This document shows positions 28,828-37,829 of a stretch of 64,000 bases of DNA, piece by piece; position 1 is the first letter of the stretch, and each line of letters begins with the position of its first letter. The notes beneath the pieces were generated by a model, which did no database searches, was not told the DNA's origin, and worked only from the letters and a program-made list of their open reading frames with translations. A program made the translations under genes and the position numbers. This DNA comes from an uncultured Flavobacteriales bacterium (GTDB lineage: Bacteria; Bacteroidota; Bacteroidia; Flavobacteriales; BACL11), in NCBI GenBank assembly GCA_913031595.1, contig CAJWCP010000002.1, forward strand, positions 23-64,022, in the 5' to 3' direction.

Positions 28828-30762
28828 TTATTCTTTTGCAAATCTCATTGTCTGGTTATTTACTTTTATAATATATATACCTTTTGCTAGATTCTTAATA
28901 TTCACTTTATGATTTCTAGTTGAAAAAATCTTTTTACCTAGCAGAGTATAGATTTCTTTTTCCCCTAAAATATTTACATTAAGGTAATCTTTTGCAGGAT
29001 TAGGGAAGATAATTTTTTCTTGCCCTATTTCATTGATATTATTTGTAATGCAATTACTTAGACAGGATGCTAAACTATTATACTGTCCATTTCCTGTCCC
29101 TGGATCATAACAAGTTCCTCCATCACAATCCCAACTTTGAGAAGGTAGACTACTTGTTACATTAATATTGTCTAAGTATAAATTATTTTCATATTGATTT
29201 ACATTTCTAAATTTAATTACAATATCATCTTGATTTAGATAATTATTTAGATTTACTGATGCAGAGGACCAGTCATTATTTGAGTTAGGGGTCCAGCTGA
29301 ATGCATTATATACAGGTGTTGTTGTTACTAAATTGGTGCCTGCCTCTTCCCATACATTCTGCCATGTAGCTCCACAATCTTCTGAAACAAATATTATTAA
29401 TGTATCTGACCATATTTGGGAAGCATTTGGATTCGTCCATAATGAATAGGCGTAGTCAAATGTTAAATTTACATTTGAAAGGGATGAAAAATCTAATGTT
29501 GGTAAAATAAGATCATCATACTCACCATTTGCGGCATAATCAGCATTATTTATATATATGGATGAAGAGCTGTTGTATCCAGCAGTATTTGTTACTTCCC
29601 AAGTGTCGCTGTTATCATTATTTTCAATACTCCAATTTACAGCAAGGTTACCATTTTGGAAATCTTCATATATAGGAGTAGAGATTCCAATACAGTTACA
29701 TGAGTTAATACAAGCATTGTAACTTGAGTAAGTTCCATTACCTGTCCCTGGGTCGACACAGTTTCCGTTTACACAGTTCCAAGATGCAGTAGGAGGAGTT
29801 CCACTGCATAAGTTATGGTTTAATAAATTAGATCTATATTGATTAATTGCAGAAATCATTCTACTTTTTTGATCTTGAGTAAAAAGATTCATGCAGGCAT
29901 CATTCGTATAGTCCATGTAGTTCATGTACATGTCTCCATAAGATCCATTTCCACTACAGTTTGAAGTTGATATTCCATTAGGACATCCATAATTTGCACT
30001 TTGTTGTGTTGGTGTGTCATTGCAATTGTCATTACCACAATTTGAGTCTCCCCATACGTGATCTAAGTTTAACCAATGACCAACTTCATGCGTAGCTGTT
30101 CTTCCTTTATTATATGGCGCTTGTACTACACCGGTTGTGCCAAAGTATCGATATCCAATTACAACGCCATCACCTGGATTTGGCCAGCTTGAAGGAGGGG
30201 TAGCATATCCTAATAGGCCTCCTCCTAGATCACAGACCCATATATTTAGATAGTCATCTTGAGGCCATGGATCAATTCCTCCACTTGAACTAGATTTCAT
30301 AGCATCATTACTAATAGAAAAAGATGTTACAGAAGTTTGAGTTCTGGTAATGCCAGTTGTTGCTGTTCCATTTGGATCTATACTTGCTAGACAAAATTCT
30401 ATTTCAGAATCTGCGGCAACACTTTGAAAGTGTGAGGGAGTATTATTAGCATCGCTATTTGTTCTTCTAAAATCTTCATTTAAGACATCTATTTGTGAAA
30501 AAATCTGTGCATCAGAAATATTTTCTGAATTTGTATTCCATACAATATGAACAACTACAGGTATTGTAATAATTGTTTTTTGATTTTCAATATTATTTGC
30601 CTGAATCCATTTAATGGTTTCTAGATTTACTTTTTCTCTTGCTTCTTTATACTCTGGATATTTTTCTTCTATAAGGTGTGTGTATTCTTCTGTACCACAT
30701 TTTTCTTGACCAAATATTACAAATGTTAATAGGCTTGTTAATACGAGTAGTATGTGTTTCAT
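28828..30762 (-). CDS. Secreted zinc metalloprotease, M43 family, long paralog with extra domain and T9SS C-terminal sorting domain
   Basis: 644 aa with a signal peptide and HEVGHWLNLDH motif. Two 28-aa four-Cys modules flank a roughly 188-aa Asn/Trp-rich domain. The C-terminal 73 aa (FPNPAKDYLNV...GIYIIKV) look like a type A T9SS CTD. Confidence 0.85.
   Translation of the reverse strand: MKHILLVLTSLLTFVIFGQEKCGTEEYTHLIEEKYPEYKEAREKVNLETIKWIQANNIENQKTIITIPVVVHIVWNTNSENISDAQIFSQIDVLNEDFRRTNSDANNTPSHFQSVAADSEIEFCLASIDPNGTATTGITRTQTSVTSFSISNDAMKSSSSGGIDPWPQDDYLNIWVCDLGGGLLGYATPPSSWPNPGDGVVIGYRYFGTTGVVQAPYNKGRTATHEVGHWLNLDHVWGDSNCGNDNCNDTPTQQSANYGCPNGISTSNCSGNGSYGDMYMNYMDYTNDACMNLFTQDQKSRMISAINQYRSNLLNHNLCSGTPPTASWNCVNGNCVDPGTGNGTYSSYNACINSCNCIGISTPIYEDFQNGNLAVNWSIENNDNSDTWEVTNTAGYNSSSSIYINNADYAANGEYDDLILPTLDFSSLSNVNLTFDYAYSLWTNPNASQIWSDTLIIFVSEDCGATWQNVWEEAGTNLVTTTPVYNAFSWTPNSNNDWSSASVNLNNYLNQDDIVIKFRNVNQYENNLYLDNINVTSSLPSQSWDCDGGTCYDPGTGNGQYNSLASCLSNCITNNINEIGQEKIIFPNPAKDYLNVNILGEKEIYTLLGKKIFSTRNHKVNIKNLAKGIYIIKVNNQTMRFAKE
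28831..29049 (-). other. T9SS (Por) C-terminal sorting domain coding segment
   Basis: The last 73 codons read IIFPNPAKDYLNVNI...LLGKKI...LAKGIYIIKVNNQ, which matches the usual CTD pattern. Confidence 0.7.
29050..29133 (-). repeat. Four-Cys module copy 2 (WDCDGGTCYDPGTGNGQYNSLASCLSNC)
   Basis: Protein-level repeat of the module at 29698-29781, with identical Cys spacing and a shared DPGTGNG core. Confidence 0.8.
29698..29781 (-). repeat. Four-Cys module copy 1 (WNCVNGNCVDPGTGNGTYSSYNACINSC)
   Basis: Protein-level repeat. See copy 2. Confidence 0.8.
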
Positions 30763-30797
30763 ATTTTAATTTATTTAGGATATTTAATTAGATTCTG

Positions 30798-30805
30798 CAA
30801 ATATA
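30798..30805 (-). promoter_or_regulatory. -7 promoter box TATATTTG (minus strand)
   Basis: Exact TAnnTTTG match about 35 nt upstream of the long M43 gene ATG at 30762. Confidence 0.35.
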
Positions 30806-30893
30806 ATTAAATAAGATTTTTTTACGTTAAATATGTCTTTGAGGTTCTATTGAAAAAAAATATAATTTTTTACTCTATTTTAATCAGATTTTT

Positions 30894-30901
30894 TAATTTT
30901 G
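30894..30901 (+). promoter_or_regulatory. -7 promoter box TAATTTTG
   Basis: Exact TAnnTTTG match 26 nt upstream of the rplU ATG. Confidence 0.4.
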
Positions 30902-30927
30902 CAGACCACTTTTAAAAAAAAGTTATT

Positions 30928-31341
30928 ATGTATGCAATAGTTGAGATAGCAGGACAGCAATTCAAGGTTGAGAAGAATCAACAGGTATTTGTACATAGGT
31001 TACAAGCAAAGGAAGGTTCAAAGATTGCACTTGATAAAGTTCTTTTAACTGACGATTCAGGTAAGGTGAATATTGGTTCTCCTGATTTAAAAGGAGTGGA
31101 AGTAATAGCAAAAGTTATAGAACATTTAAAAGGTGATAAAGTTATTGTATTTAAGAAAAAAAGAAGAAAAGGGTATAAGGTTAAAAATGGACATAGACAA
31201 TTTCTTACTAAATTAGAAATACAAGATATTAAGACAAAATCTTCATCCTCAAAAAAGAAAGTATCTGAGAAGAAAGATGCAGATAAGAAGAGTGTTGTGG
31301 CAAAAAAAACAAAAACTAAGAAGACTGAAAAGAAAGACTAG
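30928..31341 (+). CDS. rplU: 50S ribosomal protein L21 with Lys-rich C-terminal extension
   Basis: Starts MYAIVEIAGQQFKV and contains KKKRRKGYKVKNGHRQ. The canonical fold ends near residue 102, followed by 35 residues rich in K, S and T. Confidence 0.95.
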   Translation: MYAIVEIAGQQFKVEKNQQVFVHRLQAKEGSKIALDKVLLTDDSGKVNIGSPDLKGVEVIAKVIEHLKGDKVIVFKKKRRKGYKVKNGHRQFLTKLEIQDIKTKSSSSKKKVSEKKDADKKSVVAKKTKTKKTEKKD

Positions 31342-31362
31342 TTAGTATTAAAACTTAAATAA

Positions 31363-31620
31363 ATGGCACATAAGAAAGGAGCAGGTAGCAGTAAAAATGG
31401 TAGAGAATCGCATAGTAAGAGATTAGGAGTAAAGATATTCGGAGGGCAGAATATTACTGCGGGAAATATTATTGTACGTCAAAGAGGTACAGTTCATAAT
31501 GCCGGAAATAATGTAGGTGTTGGTAAAGACCACACTTTATTTGCATTAACTAATGGAATAGTTAAATTCACTAAGAAAAAGAATAATAAATCTTACGTTT
31601 CAGTTGAGACAATAAATTAA
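31363..31620 (+). CDS. rpmA: 50S ribosomal protein L27
   Basis: Starts [24 protein letters not shown]. 85 aa. Confidence 0.95.
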   Translation: MAHKKGAGSSKNGRESHSKRLGVKIFGGQNITAGNIIVRQRGTVHNAGNNVGVGKDHTLFALTNGIVKFTKKKNNKSYVSVETIN

Positions 31621-31643
31621 GGAGATTAAAATATGTGATTTAG

Positions 31644-31675
31644 AAAAAACTCTTGATTAGTTAAGAGTTTTTTTT
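31644..31675 (+). terminator. Rho-independent terminator after rpmA
   Basis: 7-bp stem AACTCTT/AAGAGTT extendable by A:T pairs, an 8-nt loop, and a following run of 8 T. Confidence 0.6.
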
Positions 31676-31678
31676 ATT

Positions 31679-31686
31679 TACATTTG
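31679..31686 (+). promoter_or_regulatory. -7 promoter box TACATTTG
   Basis: Exact TAnnTTTG match 26 nt upstream of the serS ATG. Confidence 0.4.
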
Positions 31687-31712
31687 TTTTTGAAATATAA
31701 ATAGAGAGTAAT

Positions 31713-32981
31713 ATGTTACACATTGTTAATATTAGAAAGAATAAAGAAAGGTATATTTCTTTATTAAAAGTTAAGGGGTTTGATGCTGGTGTATTACTTG
31801 ATACTCTTATTGCTAAAGATGATGAGAGAAAGTTAACTCAGCATAAAGTAGATGATTTATTAGCAAAAGGCAATCAATTAGCAAAGGAAATAGGTGAATT
31901 ATATAAATTAGGAAATGTAAAGGATGCTGATATTTTAAAAAAAGAGTCTATAGTTATTAAAGAAGACGCAAAATTACTACAGACTCAACAACATAATTTA
32001 GAAAATGAAATTCAAGAGATTTTAATTCAAATACCAAATGTTCCTCATCATTCTGTTCCTTCTGGGGTAACAGATAAGGACAATATTATTATAAAAGAAT
32101 CTGGTTTTATCCCTGATCTTATTGAAGACGCAAAACCTCATTGGGAATTACTTGATGAGTATAAATTAGTAGATTTTGATTTAGGAACTAAGATTACAGG
32201 GTCAGGTTTTCCAGTATATGTTGGTCAGGGAGCAAAACTACAGAGAGCATTAATTAATTATTTTATTGATAAGAATTTAGAAGCTGGTTACACTGAATAC
32301 TTACCTCCTCATGTTGTTAATAAAGAATCAGGTTTTGGAACAGGACAATTACCTAAATTTGAGGATGAGTTATATAAAATACCGGGAGATTCAGATTTAT
32401 ATTTGATTCCTACTGCAGAAGTGCCTGTCACCAATTTTTTTCGTAATATGATAGTAAAAAAATTACCAATAAAATGTACAGCATATACACCTTGTTTTAG
32501 ACGTGAGGCAGGATCATATGGTAAGGAGGTTCGAGGTCTTAATCGTTTACATCAATTTGATAAAGTTGAGATAGTTCAGATTGTTCATCCTGAAGAATCA
32601 TATCAAATACTTGATAATATGGTGAAACATGTGTCAGAATTATTAGATGAATTGGAACTTCCTTACAAGATCGTTCAATTATGTGGAGGAGATTTAAGTG
32701 AATCATCTGCATTGACTTTTGATTTTGAGGTGTACTCTGCTTCACAAAAGAGATGGCTAGAAGTTAGTTCAGTTTCAAATTTTGAAAGCTATCAAGCTAA
32801 TCGTTTAAAATTAAGATATAAAGATGCAAATGGGGATACTAATCTTTGCCATACTTTAAATGGAAGCGCTTTAGCTTTACCAAGAATATTTGCCGCAATT
32901 ATAGAAAACAATCAAATATTAGGAGGGATAAATATTCCTAAGGTTTTACATTCATATACAGGATTTGATATCATAAAATAA
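31713..32981 (+). CDS. serS: Seryl-tRNA synthetase
   Basis: 422 aa. N-terminal coiled-coil arm and class II motifs (FRREAGS, TLNGSALA). Confidence 0.95.
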   Translation: MLHIVNIRKNKERYISLLKVKGFDAGVLLDTLIAKDDERKLTQHKVDDLLAKGNQLAKEIGELYKLGNVKDADILKKESIVIKEDAKLLQTQQHNLENEIQEILIQIPNVPHHSVPSGVTDKDNIIIKESGFIPDLIEDAKPHWELLDEYKLVDFDLGTKITGSGFPVYVGQGAKLQRALINYFIDKNLEAGYTEYLPPHVVNKESGFGTGQLPKFEDELYKIPGDSDLYLIPTAEVPVTNFFRNMIVKKLPIKCTAYTPCFRREAGSYGKEVRGLNRLHQFDKVEIVQIVHPEESYQILDNMVKHVSELLDELELPYKIVQLCGGDLSESSALTFDFEVYSASQKRWLEVSSVSNFESYQANRLKLRYKDANGDTNLCHTLNGSALALPRIFAAIIENNQILGGINIPKVLHSYTGFDIIK

Positions 32982-34780
32982 TGCGTTTATTTTTATTTTT
33001 TTCCCTTTTTCCTTTATTTATTATTGGACAGCAGAATACACAACAATTAGCATATCAGTACTATATAAATGGAAAGTATAAAAAAGCTATTGAAATTTAT
33101 AAAGAATTAGATCAAGAAAAATTTAAAATAGCATATTATACCCCTTATTATTTTTCATTATTAAAGACTAATGAATACAGAGCTGCAGAGCAATTAGCAA
33201 AAAAAGTAGCTTATAAGTATCCAAAAAGTTTAAATTATCAGATTGATGTTGTTGTTGCACAATCAAGAGGAGGAACAAAGAAAGTAGATGACTTATTTAG
33301 AAAGGTTATTCAAAAGTTAAATGGAAGCCGAAATCAGGCTATAAATTTGGCTAATACTTTTAATAAGCATACTATGTATGAATTTGCTTTGGAAGTTTAT
33401 CTTTTTGCTGAAAAGGAGAATGCTAAATTGAATTTTGGCTTATATAAAGCGCAACTATACTCTAATTTAGAGAAGACAGATTTAATGATTAAGGAATATT
33501 TAAATGTTTTATTTACACAGCCAGATCAAAAGGATTTCATTATTTCAAAGGTTCAAAGATTTATAAATAATGATGGTATAAAAAGTGACGAGAATTATCA
33601 ATTAGTTAAAAGGTTATTATTGCCTTATGTTAGAAAGGAAGATAATAGAACTGATTTTTCTGAGATGCTAATATGGTTATTTATGCAAAATGCCCAATAT
33701 GAAATGGCATTACGACAAGCTAAGGCTCTTGATAGACGTATAGATGGAGACGGAGAAAATGTTTATGACTTAGGGGATTCATTCCTTGATAATCAGTATT
33801 ATAAATTAGCTATTGAGGCGTATGATTATGTATTACAGAAAGGTAGAAATAATTTTTTGTTTATTAATGCAAATATTAATAAGCTATATGCGCTTACTAA
33901 TATGTTTAAGGAACAGAATAATGATATAACTTTAATAGATAATATCTATAAGAATGTTATAGAAGAAGTTGGAAAAAATAGAGGGACGGTCTTATTACTT
34001 TCTAATTATGCGCATTTTCAAGCATTTTATTTACATGATTTAGTAGCTGCAAAGCACACACTTAAAGAAACAATTTCTATTCCTGGAATCTCAATGAGAG
34101 ATCTAGCAGAATGTAAATTAGAATATGCAGATGTTATGTTGCTTTCTGGGAACATTTGGGAGTCGTTATTGTATTATACTCAAGTTGAAAAAGATTTTAA
34201 AGAAAGTCCCATTGGGCATGATGCTAAATTAAGAAGAGCAAAGGTTGCCTATTATCAAGGAGATTTTCAGTGGGCTCAGGCACAATTAAATGTTTTGAAA
34301 GCTTCTACTTCAAAGTTAATAGCTAATGATGCTTTAGATTTGTCTTTGTTGATTGCAGATAATTATAATTTAGATACCTCAGAGGTTGCTATGAAGATGT
34401 TTGCTGAGGCAGATTTATTAAATTATCAGAAACGTTACAATGTAGCAATTGTTAAATATGATTCTATTTTAACTCTTTTTGAAGGACATTCACTTTCAGA
34501 TGAGATTTATATGAGAAAGGCTGAGATTTATTTAAATTCAGGAAATATTGAAAGCAGTTTAGCTATGTATCAAAAGATTATTGATGAATGGGATTATGAT
34601 ATACTTGCTGACGATGCTATTTATAAGCAAGCTAGAATTTATGAAGATAAATTAAAAGAAACAAGTAAAGCTATGCAGCTTTATGAAAAAATTCTATTAG
34701 AAAAAAGTGGGAGTGTTTTTACTGCAGAGGCTCGTAAGCGTTTCAGAGAATTAAGAGGAGATAATTTAAACTTACAATAA
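32981..34780 (+). CDS. Secreted or periplasmic tetratricopeptide-repeat protein of unknown function
   Basis: 599 aa. N-terminal signal peptide (MRLFLFFSLFPLFIIGQQ) and TPR-like helical repeats throughout. The start overlaps the serS stop (TAATG). Confidence 0.65.
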   Translation: MRLFLFFSLFPLFIIGQQNTQQLAYQYYINGKYKKAIEIYKELDQEKFKIAYYTPYYFSLLKTNEYRAAEQLAKKVAYKYPKSLNYQIDVVVAQSRGGTKKVDDLFRKVIQKLNGSRNQAINLANTFNKHTMYEFALEVYLFAEKENAKLNFGLYKAQLYSNLEKTDLMIKEYLNVLFTQPDQKDFIISKVQRFINNDGIKSDENYQLVKRLLLPYVRKEDNRTDFSEMLIWLFMQNAQYEMALRQAKALDRRIDGDGENVYDLGDSFLDNQYYKLAIEAYDYVLQKGRNNFLFINANINKLYALTNMFKEQNNDITLIDNIYKNVIEEVGKNRGTVLLLSNYAHFQAFYLHDLVAAKHTLKETISIPGISMRDLAECKLEYADVMLLSGNIWESLLYYTQVEKDFKESPIGHDAKLRRAKVAYYQGDFQWAQAQLNVLKASTSKLIANDALDLSLLIADNYNLDTSEVAMKMFAEADLLNYQKRYNVAIVKYDSILTLFEGHSLSDEIYMRKAEIYLNSGNIESSLAMYQKIIDEWDYDILADDAIYKQARIYEDKLKETSKAMQLYEKILLEKSGSVFTAEARKRFRELRGDNLNLQ

Positions 34781-35088
34781 TGATAATTTATAATGTTACT
34801 GTTACCGTTGAAGAGAGTATAAAATCTGAATGGTTATTATGGATGCAAGAAGAACATATTCCCGAAATAATGTCTTTAGGTTTATTTGTTAATGCACAAC
34901 TTAAGCGTGTTATTAAAAGTAATGATTTAGAGGATACTTTTGCTGTTGCCTATACTTGTTTAGATATGAAAGATTTACATAAATATCAGGTAAAATTTGC
35001 TGCTGAATTACAAAATAAACATATTGAGAAATTTGGAGATAAAGCTGTTGCCTTCCGTACGTTAATGGAAATTATAAGAGAATTTTAA
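34780..35088 (+). CDS. DUF4286-like small protein
   Basis: 102 aa. Starts MIIYNVTVTVEESIKSEWLLWMQEEHIPE, typical of that Bacteroidetes family as I recall it. The start overlaps the TPR stop (TAATG). Confidence 0.6.
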   Translation: MIIYNVTVTVEESIKSEWLLWMQEEHIPEIMSLGLFVNAQLKRVIKSNDLEDTFAVAYTCLDMKDLHKYQVKFAAELQNKHIEKFGDKAVAFRTLMEIIREF

Positions 35089-35724
35089 CTATTGTAAGAA
35101 TGGGTTGTATTTTTTTTCATCTGCTATATTAGTTACATCTCCATGTCCACAAAAAATACTCGTTGTTTCTGGTAGACATAATATTTTGGAAGTAATGCTG
35201 TTCATTAATGTAGTATAGTCCCCCCCTGGAAGGTCTGTTCTTCCAATACTATTTTTAAATATTACATCTCCAGATATAAGAATATTAGATGACTTGTTGT
35301 AAAAACAAATATGTCCAGGAGAGTGGCCAGGAGTAAAAAAGATATTAAGTTTAGTTCCTTCAAAATCAATGATGTCTTGTTCATCTAGAAAATATTTTGG
35401 TAATGGTGATGTCTTATATTGAGTAAGACCATACATTTCTGCTGTCTTTCTTGCATTCTCTAGAATAGGCATGTCATATTTATGCATGAATATATCTATA
35501 TTCCATTTTTCAGCAACAAATTGATTGCCTAATATATGATCAATATGTGCATGTGTGTTTAATATTTTTATAGGCTCTAGTGTATTTTTTTCAATAAAAC
35601 CTTGTAGTATTTCTTCTTCTTCTATAGTGTAGCATCCAGGATCAATAATAATACATTTATTCTTATGATATATTACATAAGTGTTTTCCTGAAAGGGATT
35701 AAAAGTAAATTTCTGAATGTTCAT
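35089..35724 (-). CDS. MBL-fold metallo-hydrolase (glyoxalase II-like)
   Basis: HAHIDH metal motif plus downstream TPGHSPGH and GH ligands. Start set to MNIQKF (35724), 24 nt downstream of a -7 box. Confidence 0.85.
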   Translation of the reverse strand: MNIQKFTFNPFQENTYVIYHKNKCIIIDPGCYTIEEEEILQGFIEKNTLEPIKILNTHAHIDHILGNQFVAEKWNIDIFMHKYDMPILENARKTAEMYGLTQYKTSPLPKYFLDEQDIIDFEGTKLNIFFTPGHSPGHICFYNKSSNILISGDVIFKNSIGRTDLPGGDYTTLMNSITSKILCLPETTSIFCGHGDVTNIADEKKYNPFLQ

Positions 35725-35748
35725 ATGTAATTTCCTTTTATTAGTTAG

Positions 35749-35756
35749 CAAAGATA
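35749..35756 (-). promoter_or_regulatory. -7 promoter box TATCTTTG (minus strand)
   Basis: Exact TAnnTTTG match upstream of the MBL hydrolase ATG at 35724. It overlaps the longer-ORF start at 35751. Confidence 0.4.
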
Positions 35757-35765
35757 TAAGTTCTT

Positions 35766-35773
35766 TATATTTG
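35766..35773 (+). promoter_or_regulatory. -7 promoter box TATATTTG
   Basis: Exact TAnnTTTG match 11 nt upstream of the ATG at 35785. Confidence 0.4.
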
Positions 35774-35784
35774 TAGAACTATTT

Positions 35785-36153
35785 ATGAGTATTTCAACTT
35801 GCATAATTCTTATTGTTATTGGCATACTTGCTGGTTTATTAGCTGGTGTAGTTGGTTTAGGAGGAGGAATTATTATGATTCCATTAATGATTCTTTTATT
35901 GGGGCTTTCACAACATGAGGCGCAAGGAACATCTTTAGCTGTAATGTTGCCTCCTATAGGCATTCTAGCAGCTATTAATTATCATCGTGAAGGATTTGTT
36001 AAATGGGAATACGCTTTTATTATTGCAACTGCTTTTGTGATTAGCGGTTATTTTGGCTCTAAATATGCTGTTAACTTAAGGCCTGAAGTCCTTAGACGTA
36101 TTTTTGGTGTTGTGATGTTGTTAGGAGCTCTTAAATTAATTTTTAGTAAATGA
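35785..36153 (+). CDS. Half-size TSUP (TauE/SafE) family membrane protein
   Basis: 122 aa with 4 hydrophobic spans and the motif GVVGLGGGIIMIPLM. The stop overlaps the next gene's start (ATGA). Confidence 0.7.
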   Translation: MSISTCIILIVIGILAGLLAGVVGLGGGIIMIPLMILLLGLSQHEAQGTSLAVMLPPIGILAAINYHREGFVKWEYAFIIATAFVISGYFGSKYAVNLRPEVLRRIFGVVMLLGALKLIFSK

Positions 36154-37325
36154 TATCAAAGATCAAAGAATTATCAGATCTCTATTTTACAGAAATTGTT
36201 AAGATCAGGAGGCATTTACATAAACATCCAGAGCTTTCTTTTTATGAGACTGAAACATCTAAATACATAAAGGATATATTAAATCAATGGGAGATACCTT
36301 TTTTTGAAGGTATTGCAAATAATGGTATTGTAGTTAATCTAGAAGGGAAGGATCCTCTTACTTCTATAATTGCTTTGCGAGCAGATTTTGATGCATTACC
36401 AATAGAAGAAAAGAATGAGGTTTCTTATCGATCTATTAATAAAGGAGTTATGCATGCTTGTGGGCATGATGCTCATACTGCTTCTTTACTTGGAGCTATT
36501 AGAATTTTGAATAATCTTAAAGACTATTGGAAAGGAACTATAAAGTTTATTTTTCAGCCAGCTGAAGAGATGCTTCCAGGAGGAGCAAAACAAATGATAG
36601 AAGAAGGAGTTTTAGAAAATCCAAAAGTTCAAAGAATTATTGCTCAACATGTATTTCCAGATTTAGAGGCAGGTAAAGTTGGTTTTTGTAGAGGAAAATA
36701 TATGGCTTCAACAGATGAATTACATATTACAATTAAAGGAAAAGGGGGGCATGCTGCATTACCAGAGGATTATACTAATCCTATCTTAGTTGCAATGAAT
36801 TTAATTAGCCAATTAGATTCTTATTTTAAGGATCAGCAAGATTATAAATGTGTGTTTGCAATTGGTTTTGTTGAAGCTTTAGGATCTACTAATATCATCC
36901 CTAATTCTGTAAAATTAAAAGGTACTTTTCGTGCGATGGATGAATCTTTTAGAGCACGCGCGCATGAGATAATGCGCGAAACTACTAATAATTTACTAGA
37001 GGGGGATATAGATATTAATTTCGATATAAGGAAGGGCTACCCTTGTTTAATTAACGATAATGATCTTACAAATAGAACTATTTCTTTTGCAAAAGAATAT
37101 ATGGGGGAGGATAATGTAGTTGATTTACCAATTAGAATGACTGCTGAAGATTTTGCTTATTACTCACAGTTAATTCCTTCTTGTTTCTATCGTTTAGGAA
37201 CGGCTAATATTAAAAGAGGAATTACAGCAGGATTACATACATCAAAATTTAATATTGATGAAGAAAGTCTTAGAATAGGTATGGGATTAATGGCTTATCT
37301 AGCTATTCAAAATTTAACTTATTAA
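36150..37325 (+). CDS. M20-family amidohydrolase (N-acyl-L-amino acid amidohydrolase-like)
   Basis: 391 aa with MHACGHDAH and other metal-ligand segments of the M20D type. Confidence 0.85.
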   Translation: MISKIKELSDLYFTEIVKIRRHLHKHPELSFYETETSKYIKDILNQWEIPFFEGIANNGIVVNLEGKDPLTSIIALRADFDALPIEEKNEVSYRSINKGVMHACGHDAHTASLLGAIRILNNLKDYWKGTIKFIFQPAEEMLPGGAKQMIEEGVLENPKVQRIIAQHVFPDLEAGKVGFCRGKYMASTDELHITIKGKGGHAALPEDYTNPILVAMNLISQLDSYFKDQQDYKCVFAIGFVEALGSTNIIPNSVKLKGTFRAMDESFRARAHEIMRETTNNLLEGDIDINFDIRKGYPCLINDNDLTNRTISFAKEYMGEDNVVDLPIRMTAEDFAYYSQLIPSCFYRLGTANIKRGITAGLHTSKFNIDEESLRIGMGLMAYLAIQNLTY

Positions 37326-37829
37326 CTTTTCGCCTATGCTTGTAAATTCTTTACAAAAGACATGAATTCTTTTATTAATCTCCTCTGAAGATATAGAATT
37401 ATTGGAAAAATCACCACTTGTTGCATATATTATTCTTGGTAATTGTATCATTCTCCACTCATGCATGCAAATTTGAGTTAGATGCATTGTAGACAAATAG
37501 CTTTTTTCCCCACCTGCGGCACAGATAATTCCAAATAGTTTACCAGTAGCTCCTTCAAAACAATTGTCTAGTATTATTTTTAGACTATCATTTATACTGT
37601 AATTATGCACTCCCATCCCAATAATAAGATTATCAGTTTTTTCTATTTCTTTTTTTAATTCTTCCATTCCTGGAGTGTCATTTATATGATAGGGGTTAAT
37701 ATGAATTTTTCGTATATCTATTAATTTACATCTCACGTTTTTTTTGATTAATTCTTTCTCAACGGATTTACATAATATAAAAGATTTTGATGATTGAGAT
37801 AATGAGCTAGATATTATTAAAGTATTCAT
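37314..37829 (-). CDS. NAD(P)H-dependent FMN reductase-like flavodoxin-fold oxidoreductase
   Basis: 171 aa. N-terminal IISSSLSQSSKS phosphate-binding-type loop and flavodoxin-like layout. The ATG overlaps the recQ stop by 1 nt. Confidence 0.7.
   Translation of the reverse strand: MNTLIISSSLSQSSKSFILCKSVEKELIKKNVRCKLIDIRKIHINPYHINDTPGMEELKKEIEKTDNLIIGMGVHNYSINDSLKIILDNCFEGATGKLFGIICAAGGEKSYLSTMHLTQICMHEWRMIQLPRIIYATSGDFSNNSISSEEINKRIHVFCKEFTSIGEKLIS

Noticed and set aside
36955-36975. Local GC-rich palindromic patch (CACGCGCGCATG ... ATGCGCG) inside the M20 amidohydrolase gene.
   Set aside because: It simply encodes RARAHEIMRE within a well-supported ORF. It is not repeated elsewhere in the window.
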